Made by a program: the position numbers and the translations under genes. The notes beneath the pieces were generated by a model. That model did no database searches. It was given only the letters and a program-made list of their open reading frames with translations, and was not told where the DNA came from. A stretch of 64,000 bases of DNA from Botryllus schlosseri (lineage: Eukaryota), in NCBI GenBank assembly GCA_051294905.1, contig CM119378.1, positions 496,001-560,000 on the forward strand, in the 5' to 3' direction. Every line of letters starts with the position of its first letter. The first letter of the stretch is position 1. Below are positions 58,633 through 64,000 of the stretch, piece after piece.

Positions 58633-61600
58633 TCAAAACAGTCCGCATCGAGCCAGGATGTCTGTCTCGCTCTTGTTCAACTGAGACACGAAAAAGTCTC
58701 TGTAAACCGAGCTCCTGCAAAATTGTCCAAAGTACTCCAACAGGTAATCTTTGAGTGAGATTTGATAAAGCGGGTCCGAGAGAACATCCGGGTCGGATTC
58801 TTCCTCCCCCATGAAATCCTCCGCTGTGAGTCGATCGTCGCACGAGTCAAGAATCTGCGACAGCGAGAGGCGGCCATCATCCTCCTCCTCTTCTGAAAAT
58901 AAGAGGCAATGTGGTTAAACGGAATTGAAGAGCTTCTTGGAGGTACAGAACTTCAATATACGATTGAAAAGTGTATTCATATTGAAATGAACCCGAATTT
59001 TTTCGGCTGACACTCGTCAGGGGTAAGAATTCAAAAGAACATCGTAACACAAAATATGATGTCACCAGCATGAAATGTCGAACAAATGTACTATTTTTAG
59101 ATGATACACCAACTGTTTTTGTTGACCTTGGCTGGTGTATTTTGATAGAGTCGACTCCAAGGCACACAAATGAAAGTGTGAACGAACCTTTCTGAGTATG
59201 CGAAATTGGAATATTGCGATCAGGCAGGCTGGATAATAACGACTCGGAATATTCCATAAAAATGGAAAATGAACTGTAACACTACCGGTATGACTCGACT
59301 TACGGTTCCCTGACTCGGACTCGGGACTTGGCTCGGTGATGAATGAAAAATGACTCAAAACTATAAAAGTCAAATTGACTCGTGAATAGGAGCCCTGTAA
59401 CTTGGTTTCAACCCTGTAGGGTTGTAATGACTCGAGCCACGACTCGACTCATCATTTTTGGTGACGACTGGACTTTTATTCAGAACTTAACAATTTCATA
59501 AAATAGTCCGCAAAATTTCAATCTTTGTAATAAAAAAAAATTCATACTCTAACAGTAGCAACTTCACTTCTTCTGGTTGGAATTGAGGCAAATTTGGACA
59601 AACCAGCAGTGTCATGAGTAGCCAGCAAAATGAAAAAATAATTTGATTATTTTCAAATCCAAAATTTTCTACTCGTATAGCTTGAAGCTTCGCCTCTGCA
59701 GGTTGGAATTGAGTCAAATTCGATCTACATCGCAATTTAGCCAACCTAACAATTTGATCAAGTAGCTACTAGCATTTGAAAAAAAATTTTGAACAACTAT
59801 AACTTTGCAAGTTCGAGTCAAAATTCAGCGCACTCACCATCTTCGTCCTCCCACTTATCCTCTCCTTCTCCAAGATCGAGCGCGTGTCCTAGCTCCATGA
59901 TCAAAAGCTTCAGCAGCTTCAAAGTCAACGGAATGGTAGTCCACTTTTCCGGTTCTTTTTTCGATTTAGACCGAGTCCTTATGGTCGAAGAATCGTCAAA
60001 AATCTGCTCCCCTCTCACCACAATCTTATTAATGCGGTCGTCATTCGCAGACATCGAGTGTTTGAACAAGTCAGCGAGCGCCAAAGTGCACAATTTAGTG
60101 TCGAATTCGCCAAAAAACAAAGCTTGCTTCTCGCACCATTGCGACATCACGAATTCAAACGCAGAATTGCCCGTGGGTCCCGGAACTTTCATCAAAAAAT
60201 CTAACGTAGCCACGAGATCGTTTTTCAGCAAATACGCGAAAATCATCAAAAGAGACTGTACAACAGTCACGGTTTGAGCTTGCTGTAATTTACTCAGAAC
60301 CGCACGCAACAGCTGGCTTAGTACTTCATGCAGCTGAGACCCAAACTCTCGAATCATAACTCCCACAAGGCGCCCGATAAACGCAGCAGAATGCGGTGGT
60401 ACTTGCGGGTCTAACATATGCGACGTTACGCGCAGAACATAATGCCAACCGGACATACCGTCACGGTCAGACCATGCTAGGATTTGTTGTGAAGCTTTAG
60501 AGACGAAAGCTCGGACACAGTCGCCTCCATATTGAATCACAGAAGAATCATCGGTGGCTGTTACCACGTTTACAACAGCTGGAAATATCGTTGTTATCAT
60601 CATATCAGGGAAAGGGGGTGGTGTGCCGCGTATAATAACTGTCAGTAGCTCCAATGTATTTCCTAAAAAAGATCCTACAGTTTTATCATGATTCCCGGCC
60701 AAAATATCAGCGATCACCGGCATTGTATGTTCCAAAAGCGGCCTGTTACAAGCCTCAATAGCGGCCATGATTTCAAGCAAATCAGTGCATAACGATATCA
60801 CAAACGGGTCGACGTAATGGCGGAAAAACACAGTAAGGCACAAAGACGATATGTGCGGTTCGTGTAATGCCGAAACGGATTTGTTGACTTTAGCAACAAT
60901 TGAAATTGCTTCCAAAACGAGAGCTAGTGTTTCGACTGGAGCTTGTAACGCGAGTTGGACTAACCCTTGCAGTAAGCTATCACAGTATGGAAAAAGTCTA
61001 TCAGTCGCGTTAGCTTCTTGTAAGTATTCGCAAAAATTGCAGGCCGCACGTACTGCAGATATACGGACTGCAGGGGGTTGGTCTTCTTTCAAACCTTGTA
61101 CTGTGTACTCCAGAAAATGAGTCAACACATCAGCTTGTAGCATTCCAGCAAAACGACTCGCAACCCATATCGCTCTACCTACTAAGAACGGAAAATCAGC
61201 GGCTTTAATGCTCGGTAGGACAATGCTATTGATGAAAATACCGACGTTAAAATTAGCATTACCGGCCTGGATTGCTTTTGATATCATCTGCTCCACCGAA
61301 CCGATTGCCAGCATCAAAGCTTCATACGATTTCCACCAACAAGGATGATTAGCAGCACGCGCTTCGTTAGCGATAAGAATGTGTCGTTCTACAGCTCGAA
61401 AAAACTTCAAGGCGATATCTTGGCTCTCACCTTTGCAGCATGATAAAAATAAATCTTGTGCCGATATTCTGATGTTGTAAGAGAAGGTGTCGTCGTCTTC
61501 ATCTTGCACGAATTGATCGGGATTTTCAGACCAGCTTAAAATTTGCTCCTCCGTCACTTGCATGAATGTGATTAGATGGAAAATGAGATCTTCGAGAGAT

Positions 61601-62604
61601 TGTTCCACGATATGCCGGCATCCTCGCATTTCAAGCATGCATTCGATCAAGTCGAAAGTGTTGTAGACAACATTCTCAAACCCGACACCTTCTCCATCAG
61701 AATCGACTTCATCATCGTGACCTTCTGAGGAGACAACTTCCCGTTTTACGTACAATTCTGAAGATTTTGTGAATATGGACCATACGACTGGCAGTATTTG
61801 AGGTATTATTGGACGAAACTCTTTTTCAAAACCTCGAATCAATGTCGAAGTCGCACGTAGAACCTCTTTTATTAAACCATCGCGGTCACTTTTAAGGATT
61901 TTTACAAAAGCATCCAGAAAACTGGGAATAAACGTGATGAAACTACGGTGTAAATCAGCTTTTTCATCAGAAATTTCAACTGTAAATGACGCACACGTGT
62001 TAAATATCGCCACAGCGCGACAACGTACTCTCACATCATATCGGTCGTCAGTGATTATCTTGTACATCTCAGGCAGCAATGCAGGAATTACTTTCACCAT
62101 ATGTAAGTCCGTGACTTCTCGGATAAACTCAGTCAAAACACGCATCGCCCCGTGCACAGAGCACGGTTCTTCAGACGCAAGCCCCTGCATTAAACAGTCA
62201 AATAATCCTGGCCACTGTTCGGGCCAGTCCCAGCTTGCAATAGCAGAAACGGCATAAGCTACGCCAGTTCTGATTTTATGCTGCGGGTCTCCTAAACCCA
62301 AAGGTAGCATTTGACGAATTGCTATCTTAGCAGACTCACTTGCTTCTGGCGATTTAAATTTTTCTGATAACTGGCTCCAGTGCGTGTCCACGTATCTTTT
62401 TAATATCAGAGAAGCAAGCTGTCTCAGCCCGGGATCGTAGCTCTGATCGACGGTTATCTTTGCAAGGTGAACGCAAAAATCTTCGGTGACTTCTAAAATC
62501 TGTAGCTCGGCTTCGGCTCCTTTTCGGATTGTAAAGTCTGGTGACATTGCAGAAGTCAGAGTCATAAGGATCTGGTCCGCCATGTTTTTATCCGAATGCG
62601 CCAT
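58633..62604 (-). CDS. IPO9: Importin-9, ~1008 aa, 2 exons: 62604-59838 and 58892-58633
   Basis: IBN_N domain (IRKGAEAELQILE, RQLASLILKRYVDTHW), AIASWDWPEQWP, GAMRVL.EF, WSENPDQFVQDEDDDTFSYNIR, SAAFIGRLV and WTTIPL.LKLLKLLI.EL. The donor GAT G|GTGAGT joins in phase to an exon encoding DPDVLSDPLYQISLKDYL..F..., the conserved IPO9 C-terminus. Confidence 0.95.
58930..59260 (-). mobile_element. Penelope-like 3' fragment in the IPO9 intron, with GIY-YIG remnant and hammerhead motif (58991-59024)
   Basis: The minus strand encodes FRILRKVRSHFHLCALEST...LVYHLKIVH, then ACCC-CTGACGA-GTGTCAGCC-GAAA-AAAT-TC-GGGT. Confidence 0.8.
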
Positions 62605-62869
62605 TACGGCTGGAAGCTATATTGCCTGGGTATAATATTATGCGAAGTTCCGTGAAAATAATTCAAATTTCTGTTTTAATTATCCCCGAACTAAGCCCAT
62701 GAAATTAATGCAAAACTATGTACCTTTGCGAATGAGAAATACTGCAAAATTTTCACCTGTTCGCAGTTTGCATTCATTGGCGGCGTAGCCGCAAGCATTA
62801 AGCAATGCGATTTCAGAACTCTATGATTCGACACGGACGGTTGCCGTATCTGTAGCAAAAAAGGAAAAT

Positions 62870-62985
62870 CGGTTCAATTTTTCATCAGTTCAATACACCA
62901 CCACAACAACAACAACAAACAACAACAACAAAGATAGGAAGCTGTCGAAACTACTAGGAGTAGTCTTTGAAATCAGACACCTTCC
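62870..62985 (-). mobile_element. Diverged 3' UTR fragment related to LINE family 1, with (CAA)n expansion
   Basis: ATCAGTTCAATACACCAC and GGAAG.TGTCGAA...AATC.GACACC match 18467-18560. Confidence 0.6.
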
Positions 62986-63374
62986 ATATTAAAATCGGCT
63001 TATGATATCGGTTATCGGCCTTGTGAGTGTGTCGATATATTGGTATCGGTATCGGCCTGTAAAAATCAATATTGGTCGACCTCTATTGTTTAGGCCAGCT
63101 ATTATATCTTGCGCACATGTCCTGTCGCGATAATTAGCGATAATTGCCACGCGAGCGTGCGGGAATTAATGACCTTTTTGCGAAATTTTACGAAATACTG
63201 GGTACGATGGCTGAATGTGATGCGCGATCGAAAACAAACATGAAGGTGTGATATCAAGTTTTATTTCGAGGAATATTTTTTTCAAGACTTGTGCACAATG
63301 CGCACCTCCCCCCTGATTTTAGGACCAAATATTCGGTAGAAATATGCTCACTATACATGGACAATTCCGATAGT

Positions 63375-64000
63375 CTTACCAAGTATGCTTTCTGTCTCAG
63401 AAGTAAGACCCAAATTGATCGAAAATAGTAGCAGTACTTCATGGGCCTACTTTTCAGAGTTAGGTTCTGAGTGAAGGGAAGCGTGAGAGAGACATGAATT
63501 TGCAGCGTTGGGATAATAGGCCAACTGTGCTAAGGAGCTCACAAGATATTCACTAGACTAGATAATGTTATCAAGGTAGGCCTACATGCCACTTACTACT
63601 TGATATGTAAAACTCAGAACAATATATAGGATACTTTCCGGTCATCTTTTTAATACCAGGGACCGCGATATTTATTGACTAGGAGACTATAGCAAAATTC
63701 GTCTTAAAAACAAGACCAAAGACTGAAGCATAAAAAATTGTCTCAACAAGCTAGTTGTGTATTTTGTGTTCTTATTTTAGACAACTTTTCGGTCTTATTT
63801 ATTACATCAGGGACCACAATGTTTCTTAACTAGGAAAATTCGTCCTAAAAACAAGAGCAAAAAACTGCATCATCAAAAATTGTCTCAATAAGTTAGTTAT
63901 GTTTTGTGTTAAATTGTCTTAATAGACGTTTTATAAGACGCGTTAATTGGGCTTATTTTTGAGACCGAAGAATCGTGACAAGTCTATATGGTCCTCAGTT
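63375..64000. mobile_element. CACTA-type element, partial (runs off the window)
   Basis: 63375-63620 aligns with 40560-40790. 63650-64000 is the reverse of the 143/162-bp repeats at 38400-39200. Confidence 0.7.

Noticed and set aside
59789..62257. Plus-strand ORFs 59789-60277, 60851-61120 and 61934-62257
   Set aside because: Antisense shadows of the IPO9 coding exon with no recognisable motifs.
59818..62604. IPO9 as a complete single-exon 928-aa gene, as in the ORF track
   Set aside because: The ORF lacks the conserved C-terminus. A perfect GTGAGT donor at 59837 splices in phase to 58892-58633, which encodes it.
1..64000. tRNA, rRNA, snRNA or spliced-leader RNA genes
   Set aside because: None was recognised by eye. 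GGTTCGA-like hits (e.g. ~34156) lie in MITE repeats without a cloverleaf. tRNAscan-SE or Infernal would be needed to exclude them formally.

Overview
Eukaryotic (metazoan, AT-rich, probably invertebrate; a tunicate-like genome is plausible but cannot be proven from this window) nuclear DNA. The left ~28 kb has no recognisable host gene. It is a pile-up of transposable elements, including two deep nests (9175-16647 and 17061-25601) whose layers can be peeled apart by their target-site duplications (TSDs), and an intact APE+RT LINE ORF (CR1/L2 group, 12900-15869). The right ~35 kb carries four spliced host genes reconstructed exon by exon: a TJAP1/BEGAIN-family coiled-coil gene (-, 7 exons, one well-supported and one probable GC-AG intron), ZFYVE19/ANCHR (+, 8 exons), GSTZ1/MAAI (-, 4 exons) and importin-9 (-, only 2 exons). 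Their introns are filled with MITEs, CACTA-type elements and Penelope-like fragments carrying minimal hammerhead ribozyme motifs. The most interesting signals are: (1) a window-wide micro-insertion signature, TA -> TAGCCTA/TAGGCTA/TAGGCCTA, shown by comparing paralogous repeat copies and suggesting footprints of an unidentified TA-targeting element; (2) the hammerhead-bearing Penelope family, including a sense-strand intact motif in a GSTZ1 intron; (3) a possible IPO9-GSTZ1 operon. All calls come from manual reading; no database search was run.
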